Assembly: GCA_038257155.1 (NCBI GenBank)
Contig: JBBSJP010000015.1
Location: 31,542-95,541, forward strand
DNA from: Lysobacterales bacterium
GTDB lineage: Bacteria > Pseudomonadota > Gammaproteobacteria > Xanthomonadales > Xanthomonadaceae
DNA length: 64,000 nucleotides
Reading direction: 5' to 3'
Shown: in pieces, positions 28,487 through 37,339 of the stretch
Position numbering within the stretch: position 1 is the first letter of the stretch
Layout: every line of letters starts with the position of its first letter
Made by a program: the position numbers and the translations under genes
The notes under the pieces: model-generated
Told to the model about the DNA's origin: nothing
Databases searched by the model: none
What the model saw: the letters and a program-made list of their open reading frames with translations, nothing else

Positions 28487-30997
28487 ATGGAACGTGACCC
28501 AATGGATTCCGCCCTCGCCCTGCTCGCCCTGCCGGCGGATGAGCGCGAAGCGCAACTGGCCGCGCTGCAGCGCGAGGCACCGGAGCGCGCTGCAGAGCTT
28601 CAAGCGCTGATCGATACGCTCAACGCGGCGACGTCTGCGGGTGACAGCCCTTCCATTGCCGCGGCATTCGGCGCACCCGAACGCATCGCGCGCTATCGGA
28701 TATTGGATACGCTGGGCGAAGGCGGCATGGGCACGGTCTACCGGGCGCGGCAGGATCAGCCGGAACGAGACGTCGCGCTCAAGCTGATTCGCGCCGCATC
28801 GGACGACCACGAAGCCCTGACCCGCTTTCGGCTGGAGGCTGAAGCCCTGGCACAGCTCGAGCACCCCGGAATCGCGCGCATCCATGAAGCCGGCACCGCG
28901 CAGATCGGCGCCCGTGAATTGCCTTGGCTGGCGATGGAGTACGTACGTGGCCCCGATCTGCTGGGCTACGCGGCGCAGCACAAGCTCGATCTGAAGGCCC
29001 GGCTCGAGCTGCTGATTGGCCTCGCTCGCGCCGTGCATCACGCACACAGCCGTGGCGTGATCCACCGTGACCTGAAGCCGCAGAACATCCTGGTCGATCC
29101 GCTCGGCCAGCCGAAGGTGCTGGATTTTGGCGTTGCCCGCATCCAGACCAATGCCGCGACCATGACCCGTATCGGTCAGGTCGTCGGCACGCTGGGCTAC
29201 ATGAGCCCGGAGCAATTGAGCGGCAACGCGGCGCAGGCCGACGCGCGCAGCGATGTCTACGCGCTGGGCGTGATCGCCTACCAGCTGCTGAGCGGACGCA
29301 TGCCCTATCCCGACCTGGCGCGCAGTTCGCTGATCGATGCCCTCGACCAGATCCGCCGCAGCGACCCTGAAGCCTTGGGCAAGGTGGATGCCAGCCTGCG
29401 CGGCGATATCGAAACCGTGGTGATGAAGGCGCTTGCTTCCGACCCGGCCAAGCGCTACGACTCGGCCGCCGGCCTGGCGGCGGATATCGAGCGCGTCCTG
29501 CTGCATCGACCGGTGGAAGCCCGGCCACCAACCCCGATGTATCTGCTTGGCCGCTTTGCGCGTCGCCATCGCGTGCTGGTATCGGCCGTCACCCTGGTGG
29601 CAGTGGCGCTGCTGGTCAGCGTGGTGGTCAGTCTGAATTTCGCCTTGTCCGAAGCGGCCGCGCGGCAGGAAGCGGAAGAGCGCCGCCAGCAGGCAGAAGC
29701 GGTATCCGCATTCCTCAGTGGCATGTTCGAGCAGGCCACGCCCGAGAAGGCCTTGGGCCGCGAGTTGGGAGTGCGCGAAGTGTTGGACGAAGCGGCGCGA
29801 GCGGTGAAATCGGGCAGCACGCCAGCGCGGGTGCGGGCAGGCGTGCACCGCGCGCTGGGTGAAAGTTACTACGGCCTGGGCCGCTACCAGGAAGCGGTTG
29901 AGCAGTTGCAGGCTGCTGTCGACGCGCTGCAGGAACTGGCCACGGTCGATGCGGATGAACTCTGGTTGGCGCAGCGTGATTTGAGCAGAACCCTGATTGA
30001 CGCTGGCCAACTGGATGAGGCCGAGGCTTTGCTGGACCAACTGGATTCCCCGGACTGGGCCGCGCCACGGCAGGCCATGCTGCTGGTCAGTCGCGCTCGC
30101 CTGGCGGAGGATCGCGGCGAGCAGACGCTTGCGATAGCGCGCTATCGCGAAGTGCTGACAACGGCTGATCCTGCAACACAGTCCGACCTGATTGCTTCCG
30201 CCCGACTCAATCTCGCCAATTTGTTGAGCGCATCCGGCGCGACCGACGAGGCCGCCGCGCTGCTGCAGTCGCTGTTGCAACAACGGATGGGTGAATTGGG
30301 CGCTGACCACCCGCGCACCCTGTCGGTGCAACATGGTCTGGCACATCTGTTCGATCGCACTGGCAAACGCGACAAGGCCGAGGTGCTCTATGTTGACACC
30401 CTGAGCCGACGCCGCGTCGTGTTGGGCGACCGGCATGGTCAGACCCTGGCCACACTGCAGAGCTATGCTGCCCTGCTCAGCCAGACCGGGCGTGCCGCCG
30501 AGGCCGAGCCGCTGATGCGCGAGGCGGCCGCGGCAATGCGCGAGATTTTCGGAACCCGCGCCGCCGACACGCAGGCGACCCTGGGCGGCCTCGCCAACGT
30601 CTATGAGGAACTGGGCCGGATGGACGACGCCGAGCTGCTGTATCGCGAGATCATCGAAGCGCAGGAAGGTGCCGGCGAGCGTGGAGGGCACGTGGCCATT
30701 GCCCGCAACAACCTCGCCATGTTGCTGATGCAGACGGACCGGCTGGAGGCAGCCTGCGAAGGCTTTGCGCAAGCGGTTGACGAAGCTGATTCCAGTGCTG
30801 GCCCAGACCATCCAATGAGCGCCATCCTGCTTGGCAACCTTGGTGAATGCCTGTCGCGCCAGCGCAAGACGGTCGCCGCACGTGATGCCCTGCAACGGGC
30901 GCACAGCGTGCTGGCGGAACGCCTGGGCGAGGACCACGAACGTACGCGCAAGGTCGAGCGTTTGCTGAGCGAGCTGAGTGCCGCTGGAGGTGGGTAA
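28487..30997 (+). CDS. Hanks-type Ser/Thr protein kinase with TM segment and C-terminal TPR array (paralog 2)
   Basis: Start MERDPMDSAL. Kinase motifs LGEGGMGTVYRA, VALKLI, IHRDLKPQNILV, LDFGVAR, GTLGYMSPEQ. TM segment VLVSAVTLVAVALLVSVVVSL. TPR-rich tail. Confidence 0.85.
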   Translation: MERDPMDSALALLALPADEREAQLAALQREAPERAAELQALIDTLNAATSAGDSPSIAAAFGAPERIARYRILDTLGEGGMGTVYRARQDQPERDVALKLIRAASDDHEALTRFRLEAEALAQLEHPGIARIHEAGTAQIGARELPWLAMEYVRGPDLLGYAAQHKLDLKARLELLIGLARAVHHAHSRGVIHRDLKPQNILVDPLGQPKVLDFGVARIQTNAATMTRIGQVVGTLGYMSPEQLSGNAAQADARSDVYALGVIAYQLLSGRMPYPDLARSSLIDALDQIRRSDPEALGKVDASLRGDIETVVMKALASDPAKRYDSAAGLAADIERVLLHRPVEARPPTPMYLLGRFARRHRVLVSAVTLVAVALLVSVVVSLNFALSEAAARQEAEERRQQAEAVSAFLSGMFEQATPEKALGRELGVREVLDEAARAVKSGSTPARVRAGVHRALGESYYGLGRYQEAVEQLQAAVDALQELATVDADELWLAQRDLSRTLIDAGQLDEAEALLDQLDSPDWAAPRQAMLLVSRARLAEDRGEQTLAIARYREVLTTADPATQSDLIASARLNLANLLSASGATDEAAALLQSLLQQRMGELGADHPRTLSVQHGLAHLFDRTGKRDKAEVLYVDTLSRRRVVLGDRHGQTLATLQSYAALLSQTGRAAEAEPLMREAAAAMREIFGTRAADTQATLGGLANVYEELGRMDDAELLYREIIEAQEGAGERGGHVAIARNNLAMLLMQTDRLEAACEGFAQAVDEADSSAGPDHPMSAILLGNLGECLSRQRKTVAARDALQRAHSVLAERLGEDHERTRKVERLLSELSAAGGG

Positions 30998-31121
30998 TCA
31001 GCGCCGTACTGGAAGCTTCAGCATGCCGGCATGAACTGCGTCTCTGCGCGTACCTGCGTCCGCCCCACGGGTGCAGCAACCTGCCATCGTTTGCCATGGC
31101 ACCAATGAGAGGGGCGACATA

Positions 31122-32252
31122 ATGATCGAGACGAGCATGCCTGCGGATCGGATCCTGCCGCCAGACTGGTTGCCCGCGGCGCTGGTCAGCAGCTGGAATT
31201 TTCTCGCCACATATCCCGTGGCACTGGCCTTGATCGTGTTGTTGATCGGCATCGGCATGGCCGTACTCGGTCGCGTCTTCGTGCTGTACTGGGGTGGCAA
31301 GCTCGCCCGTCGCGCGAACGCGGACCTCGGCCCGCGGCTGCTGCGGATCTGCGCCAACGTAGCGGCCTTGCTGCTGGCCTACTTCGCCATGGTGGTCGCG
31401 ATCCGGATCCTCGGCCTGCCGGAGGGTGTCGAGCGTAATCTGATTCGCGTCCTGCTGAGCCTGTTGATCCTGCGACTGATCGTATCTGCGATGCGCGCCA
31501 GCCACATTGGGCTGGAAATTCTGGGACGCATACGCGACCGATTCAACATCGTCGAGGAGCGCACCATTCCGCTCTTCGATCTGGTCAGCACCCTGCTGAT
31601 CATCGGAGCCGCGGCCTACACCCTGCTGATGGTGTGGAACATCGACCCCACTGCCTGGCTGGCTTCGGCCGGCGTGGTCGGCATCGCGGTGGGTTTTGCC
31701 GCGCGCGACACCCTGGCCAATCTGTTCGCCGGCTTCTTCATCATTGCCGACTCGCCCTACAAGCTCGGCGATTACATCGTGCTCGATTCGGGCGACCGCG
31801 GCGAAGTGACCAAGGTCGGCATTCGCTCCACCCGCTTGCTGACCCGCGACGACGTCGAAATCACGGTGCCGAACGCGGAAATGGCCAATGCCAAGATCTT
31901 CAACGAGTCCGGTGGACGCTGGGTCAAGTTTCGCATCCGGATCAAGGTCGGCGTGGCCTACGGTTCAGACGTAGACGAGGTCGTCGCGCTGCTGGAGCGC
32001 ATCGCTAGTGAGCACGACAACATCTGTCGCGAGCCCGAGCCGCGCGTGCGCATGCGCGGATTTGGCGATTCCAGCCTGGACTTCGAACTGCTGTGCTGGG
32101 TCAATCACCCATCCGAACGCGGCCTGGTGACGCACGAGCTTTACATGCACATCTACAAGGAACTGGGTCGCGCCGGCATCCGAATCCCGTTCCCGCAGCG
32201 CGATGTGTGGATGCGCGATGCCGGTCCCGGAGTGGCGCTGGAACGAGACTGA
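31122..32252 (+). CDS. Small-conductance mechanosensitive channel (MscS family)
   Basis: ATG 31122 with upstream GAGAGGGG RBS. Three TM segments. MscS core (GFAARDTLANLFAGFFIIADSPYKLGDYIVL...GEVTKVGIRSTRLLTRDDVEITVPN). Confidence 0.85.
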   Translation: MIETSMPADRILPPDWLPAALVSSWNFLATYPVALALIVLLIGIGMAVLGRVFVLYWGGKLARRANADLGPRLLRICANVAALLLAYFAMVVAIRILGLPEGVERNLIRVLLSLLILRLIVSAMRASHIGLEILGRIRDRFNIVEERTIPLFDLVSTLLIIGAAAYTLLMVWNIDPTAWLASAGVVGIAVGFAARDTLANLFAGFFIIADSPYKLGDYIVLDSGDRGEVTKVGIRSTRLLTRDDVEITVPNAEMANAKIFNESGGRWVKFRIRIKVGVAYGSDVDEVVALLERIASEHDNICREPEPRVRMRGFGDSSLDFELLCWVNHPSERGLVTHELYMHIYKELGRAGIRIPFPQRDVWMRDAGPGVALERD

Positions 32253-32324
32253 ATTCGATTACGGATCGGTGGGCGGGCTGTCCTCACTGCGTCGCGATGT
32301 TCTGATGCCCAAGCAGCCAGGGGT

Positions 32325-35234
32325 TCATTCGAACCCGTCACGCAGGATGTCCTGCGGACCCATCAGCGAGGAAAAGTCGACGGCTACGCGGGTGATGTTG
32401 CCCTGCTGGTCGCGCACTTCGGCCTCGAGCTGTGCTTCTGCAAATCGCGGCAGTGGCTCGGACAAGGCCAAGGTCCAAACGCCTGGCGCGGTTTCCTGCA
32501 ACAGGTCGGCCAGTTCGCTGCCGGGTGCCCGGCCTTCAACTTCGAAGTCGGCGCGCAGCGAGAGCGAGCCGTCTTCGAGGCCGCTGTTGGCATCGGCCGC
32601 GCCGACCCGGATCTCACGCACATGCGTGCGGTTCAGTCCGGGGCGCGGCATGGAAACGGTGAGGGCGGGTCGCAAGTCGTCGAGCAACCAGCCGAACGCG
32701 GCATTGCCGGTGTCGATCGGTGCACCGAGGTCGATCCAGCGCACGAAAAGCAGCTTTTCGTCTTCACTCAGCGGCAGTGCCGGTGGCGGCGGCATCGGGC
32801 TGCCGCTGTAGTCAAGGTCGGCGCTGTTCGGATCGGCACCGAGCGGCAGGGTCGTCGCATCGCCGGGCACGGACTCGGTCGGGTGGTCGGCATTGCTCCA
32901 GCCGTCCAGACGTTCACCGTAGAGCTTCCAGATCAGCAAGGATCGACGGCTCTGGAAGGCGCGCACGTAGCGACTCGTGTTGCTTTGCCGCCAGCTACCG
33001 TTGCTGATAACCGGGGCATGGCCGAAGCGTGCGTCCTGATCGGCGGCGAGCCGGTAATAGTCGCCGGGCAGACCATCGACCTCCGTCAGGTCATTGAGAT
33101 CGAGATTGCCGGCTGCATTCGGACTCTGGTGGCAGCCTGCGCAATGCGTCTGCAGGATGGGTCGGATGTCGCGCAGGAACTCGACGTCGACATGGGAGAC
33201 CGGCTCAATGAGCAGCGCCGGCGCATCGTCCACCCGGGTCAGCAGCGGTGTCAGCTCGGACAGGTCGAAGACCGGATAGTCCGCAGCGGCAGCCGCAGTG
33301 CCTTCGAAAGCCAGCGGCTGCTGGCTGTGCGCGTGGCAGCCGCCGCAATCCACGCGCATTTCGCCGGGCCGAACCTGATGCCAGGTCTGCGCCATGTTCA
33401 GCAGCATGCCGCGGCGGTCGAGGGTTTGGAAGGTAAAGGGCGTATCGGCCGGAATCTTTGCCAGGAAACTGGTGTCCGGGTTGCCTTCGCCATCCAGCAG
33501 CGGGCCGCCGCCCTGCGCAGTCTTGCGCAAGGGGATTTCACCCAGCACGCGCAGGCGTTCGTTGGCATGGTTGTAGAACTGGCGGCCCTCATTGGGCCCG
33601 TAGCTGCGATGCGTGTTGGGCTCCATGGCGAGCAGGCGCACCGCCCAGATATCGGCATTGGAATAGGAGCCGGCATCGGAACCTTGCACGAACCAGTTGC
33701 TCGATTGGCCATTTTCGCTGGTATTGAAGGCGTCCAGCCCGTCGAAGGTGTTGGCCCAGCTGGTCACATGGCCGGGAAAACTCTCACGCTTGTAAAAGCT
33801 CGACGCACCGACCAGTCCGAAGGGCGTTCCGGCCGGCAGCTCGGCGTGCAGGCTGCCGTCATTGGGCAGCCAGGGCAATGCATCCGGTTCGGCCACGCCA
33901 TGGATGGCCGAATACGGCACCACGGCACGCGGCCAGGCCTCGTTGAAGCCGGGATCGTTCTTGATCAGCACCAGCTCTTGTGGGCTGTTGACGGTCTCAC
34001 CGTCGGCAATCAGGTACAGACCGGCGTCGTAGTAGGGCAGGGTGGTTGGACGGTTCAGGTCGTTGGCCGGTCCGGGAGTCCATACCACCAGCAGGTCGTT
34101 GCCCGGCGCAGCGGAAGGATGGGTGAACTTGCCGACCCGTACGCCGCCCGCACCGACTGGCGCCGCCTCGTCGTCACCATGGGTGAAGGGGGTGATCGAG
34201 CGCATGTCGCGCGGCTGGAACGGCATGGTGAAGTCATAGCGAAAGCCAGCACCAACGGTGCGGGCGATCGGCGGTGCGTCGGAGGCGAAAGCATCATGGA
34301 ACGGCGGTGGGCCCGGCGGCGGTGAAGGCGGCAGCCGATAGAGCGCGCCGAAGCCGTTGTTGTTCAAGTTGTAGTAGTCGACCACGACGATGTCGCCATC
34401 GCCAAGCTGGGTCATGAAGTGGAACGACTGCGGCTCGCGGAAGGCGCTGATCAAGGGATTCCAGTTGCGCCCGTCCGGCCAGATCGTCCAGATGCCCCAC
34501 AGGCGTCGGTCGCGCAGACCCTGGCTCTCGTGCGTGCTGAACATCAGCCGTCCATCGCGCAGCACGGTCGGATGCAGGGCGCTGGAGATGCTCATCGGCG
34601 CGATCGGCGTCAGGTTGCCGCCGTCCTCGTCCATCACGAAGATTTGCAGCGTGGGGTGCGTGAAGCCCTTGGGCGGCACGAAAGCGTTGCGGTTGCTGGT
34701 AAACGCGATCCTGCCGTCCGGCAGGGGCATCGGCCCAAGGTTGAGGATGCCGTAGCCAAGCCGGTTGTAGCCGGCGGGCGGGTCGAGCGGATTGGACTCG
34801 TCCCAGTTTCCCGCCCCGGTATTGGGGGTGAACTCACCATGGGTGAGGCGCTCGACACTGCGCGTGGCCAGATGGATGCGGTAGATGTCGGCCCCGGCAT
34901 AGGGAAGATCGCGCTGCGAGTTGATCGCCTCGGGCCGCATGTCGGGGAAATAACTGTAGTAGACCCACTGCGCGTCGAATGACAGCACCGGATCAGTCAC
35001 GCTGCCATTGCCACCGGCGACCAGCACTTCCTCGCTGCCGTCCGGGTGCAGCAGCATCAGATCCGCACCGGGATCGATACGTGCTGGATGGAATACTTCA
35101 GGCCATGTCGTGTTGATCTGGTCGCCGTAGCGAGGCTGGCGAACGTAGACAATGTCGTAGGGGAGCGCAGCCTGCACGGCGCTGCTGGCGAGCGCAGCAA
35201 GCAGAACGGCCAGGCGCAGCGAGAATGAACTCAT
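32325..35234 (-). CDS. Large secreted beta-propeller-like protein with two CXXCH c-type heme-binding motifs
   Basis: Start MSSFSLRLAVLLAALASSAVQA (signal peptide). ~969 aa. Two CXXCH motifs (DCGGCHAHS and THCAGCHQSP). Confidence 0.7.
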   Translation of the reverse strand: MSSFSLRLAVLLAALASSAVQAALPYDIVYVRQPRYGDQINTTWPEVFHPARIDPGADLMLLHPDGSEEVLVAGGNGSVTDPVLSFDAQWVYYSYFPDMRPEAINSQRDLPYAGADIYRIHLATRSVERLTHGEFTPNTGAGNWDESNPLDPPAGYNRLGYGILNLGPMPLPDGRIAFTSNRNAFVPPKGFTHPTLQIFVMDEDGGNLTPIAPMSISSALHPTVLRDGRLMFSTHESQGLRDRRLWGIWTIWPDGRNWNPLISAFREPQSFHFMTQLGDGDIVVVDYYNLNNNGFGALYRLPPSPPPGPPPFHDAFASDAPPIARTVGAGFRYDFTMPFQPRDMRSITPFTHGDDEAAPVGAGGVRVGKFTHPSAAPGNDLLVVWTPGPANDLNRPTTLPYYDAGLYLIADGETVNSPQELVLIKNDPGFNEAWPRAVVPYSAIHGVAEPDALPWLPNDGSLHAELPAGTPFGLVGASSFYKRESFPGHVTSWANTFDGLDAFNTSENGQSSNWFVQGSDAGSYSNADIWAVRLLAMEPNTHRSYGPNEGRQFYNHANERLRVLGEIPLRKTAQGGGPLLDGEGNPDTSFLAKIPADTPFTFQTLDRRGMLLNMAQTWHQVRPGEMRVDCGGCHAHSQQPLAFEGTAAAAADYPVFDLSELTPLLTRVDDAPALLIEPVSHVDVEFLRDIRPILQTHCAGCHQSPNAAGNLDLNDLTEVDGLPGDYYRLAADQDARFGHAPVISNGSWRQSNTSRYVRAFQSRRSLLIWKLYGERLDGWSNADHPTESVPGDATTLPLGADPNSADLDYSGSPMPPPPALPLSEDEKLLFVRWIDLGAPIDTGNAAFGWLLDDLRPALTVSMPRPGLNRTHVREIRVGAADANSGLEDGSLSLRADFEVEGRAPGSELADLLQETAPGVWTLALSEPLPRFAEAQLEAEVRDQQGNITRVAVDFSSLMGPQDILRDGFE

Positions 35235-35476
35235 GCGGATTCCTACCGGTTGAGCGGCGGACTGCTGCCGCCATGGCCCCTGATTGACCCCGCCGATCAT
35301 AGTCCTGTCCCGCTGCCGGGTGGAGGCGAGGCAGTCCAGTCCACGCAGCGTCGGAACTTGCCGACCCTCGACTCGGGCACGAGCGACCAGCGGCGCGCCA
35401 AGGTGAACCGAAGACCGGAACCAAGCCCGTTGCGGTGCGTTTGTCTGCGTCCCCGATCTACTTTCGGATCGACGGA

Positions 35477-35646
35477 CCCTAGGAGCCTGCGCGGCGGAAG
35501 CAATCGAGGCGAAAGCGAGACTGCGCGAGAGCGGAGTTTCGACGATTCGCCGGCCTGTAGTGGTTCTACAGGCCAAGAATCGGCGGAATTCCGGGCCGCG
35601 CAGGCGCGGTTGCAGCCCGGTTGTCTTCTGCCGCGCAGGCTCCTAG
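35477..35646. other. Structured GC-rich element in the 5' leader of the beta-propeller gene (long-range inverted repeat plus internal hairpin)
   Basis: CCTAGGAGCCTGCGCGGCGG (35477-35496) is complementary to CCGCGCAGGCTCCTAGG (35630-35646). Internal hairpin GCCTGTAGTGGTTCTACAGGC at ~35552-35574. Confidence 0.4.
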
Positions 35647-36824
35647 GTCCCTGCAGGCTTGGCCGCCAGCCACTGCAGCACGCTTGGGGGCAGGCTCGAC
35701 TCCTGCTGGCTTCCGCTGCCATCCACTTTTTCTGTAGACCCGCTGCGCGCTGCCAGCAGGCGCGTGGCGCGCAGGCCCAATTCATGTCGACTGGGGTCGG
35801 AGCCGCGCATCACGAAAATCAGCGCGCCCTGCGCAAGGGGCCTGATGGCGTATGCGTCGAGCAATTCTGCCTCGGCGCTCGTCGCCTGAACTGACGCCGT
35901 CGCCACCTCGCTCTGTGCATCCCAGGCTGGCGCCAGCAAGCCATCCTCGGCCAGTCCCTCAGCCTGCCCCACCGCACGCATCAGGTACGTGGCGACCCCG
36001 ACGCGCTCGGCATACGCCAGCGGCGCAAGGCTTAAAGCGGGCGCTGCGCGATAACGCACCTCGACGAACCACGCATCCGGGTCAGCGAGATCGACATCGC
36101 GGTGAACTGCCCAGCCAAGGGTTTCGTCGTCCAGGCTCACTTCGCGCAGACGAGCCACGATCAGCAAGGAACTCTTGGTGGCGAAACGGAATTCGCCCGG
36201 CAGCGCCAGGGTCGCGCCGCCGGAACCCAGCTCGATCTTGCCAAGACGGTAGGAAAGCCGGCTGGCAACCACATCCAGACTGGGAGCTTCAGGCTCGCGT
36301 TCTACCACGGGCACGCTGCGTTCGGGTTCGCGCGACGAGGTGCCGGGTGCGGAGGGCGCCGGCATGGCGCGACGAGCTGGTGGCGCAGTACTCACCCGAG
36401 GGGTTACGGGCACCTGCGGATCAGCACCCTCGGAATCGTCATACCCGGCGTCGTCGTATTCTTCCTCGTCGTAGTCTTCGTACTGCTGACCCTCGCGCGC
36501 CGCCATGATCTTGTCGGCCATTTCGGGATTGTCGCGGCGGATGCGTTCGATGTCGGCTTCAGTCATGTAGGGCGCCTGATCGAGAATGAACTGCTCGACC
36601 GCCTGATTGCCGCTGTGGAACGCCAGCGCGCCGACGATCACTGCCAGGACAAAGGGCAGGCGGATGTCGGAGGCAGGGTCGCCCCAGTGCTTGATTACCG
36701 CAATCAGCGCCGCGGGCCAGAAAAGGAACACCAGGATGGCCAGGCCGCCGCTGGCGCGCGCGGTCTTGACCGTCATCCACAGGATCAGGCCAAACAGGAT
36801 CAGCCACCAGAACGTTGCGGACAT
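35643..36824 (-). CDS. Hypothetical membrane protein (3 N-terminal TM helices, acidic linker, C-terminal globular domain)
   Basis: ATG 36824 preceded by an AGGAGT RBS. MSATFWWLILFGLILW... TM segments. DE-rich linker QYEDYDEEEYDDAGYDDSEG. Confidence 0.6.
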   Translation of the reverse strand: MSATFWWLILFGLILWMTVKTARASGGLAILVFLFWPAALIAVIKHWGDPASDIRLPFVLAVIVGALAFHSGNQAVEQFILDQAPYMTEADIERIRRDNPEMADKIMAAREGQQYEDYDEEEYDDAGYDDSEGADPQVPVTPRVSTAPPARRAMPAPSAPGTSSREPERSVPVVEREPEAPSLDVVASRLSYRLGKIELGSGGATLALPGEFRFATKSSLLIVARLREVSLDDETLGWAVHRDVDLADPDAWFVEVRYRAAPALSLAPLAYAERVGVATYLMRAVGQAEGLAEDGLLAPAWDAQSEVATASVQATSAEAELLDAYAIRPLAQGALIFVMRGSDPSRHELGLRATRLLAARSGSTEKVDGSGSQQESSLPPSVLQWLAAKPAGT

Positions 36825-36828
36825 GCCA

Positions 36829-37176
36829 TTACTCCTGGCTGATGTGCTGGATCTGCGACGGGCCAAGGCGCAGCCGCGCGTAGCCGCTCGGCAGGATCAC
36901 CCGCAGGGTGAGCGAGCGCGCATCGGCACGTTCCACACGGCCGCGTCGCGAGCGGCCATCCGACATGACCACCCGCACGTCTTGGCCCTGCATGGTGGAC
37001 AGTTGCGCAAACTCGACGCGTCGCGATGTGCCATTGCCGGGCGCGCGCGTGGCAAGGCGTTTGTTGTCGGCGACGTAGCGCGAGATCCAGCGCTCGTCCT
37101 CTTCAACGCTGGCCTTGCTTTCGGCCGGGCTCAACAGGGCTGCTGCGACAAACAAGGCCGCAATGAGTCGATACAT
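36829..37176 (-). CDS. Small secreted hypothetical protein
   Basis: Internal ATG gives MYRLIAALFVAAALLSPAESKA signal peptide. 115 aa. Directly upstream of and co-oriented with the membrane protein gene. Confidence 0.5.
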   Translation of the reverse strand: MYRLIAALFVAAALLSPAESKASVEEDERWISRYVADNKRLATRAPGNGTSRRVEFAQLSTMQGQDVRVVMSDGRSRRGRVERADARSLTLRVILPSGYARLRLGPSQIQHISQE

Positions 37177-37339
37177 GAGTTGGTTACCGTCCTGTGGGCC
37201 CATGGCTGATTGCCGGCCGGCGTGCTGCCGTATGCGGGCGCGCCCCACGCGCCGCGGCGCGGATAATGACGGTGTCTTCAGGCCTGCGCAAGTTTTCGGC
37301 CAGTTTTGCGCGGCCTGAGAGGCATGGCCAATCGCCCTG

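Noticed and set aside
28378-30937. 961-aa minus-strand ORF (28052-30937 in the ORF track)
   Set aside because: Low-complexity Arg/Gln/Ala-rich translation antisense to the well-supported Ser/Thr kinase gene. Only its 3' end (28052-28377) is real, being cutA.
32622-34325. 567-aa plus-strand ORF opposite the beta-propeller gene
   Set aside because: Antisense high-GC artefact. The minus-strand frame carries a signal peptide, CXXCH motifs and coherent domain structure.
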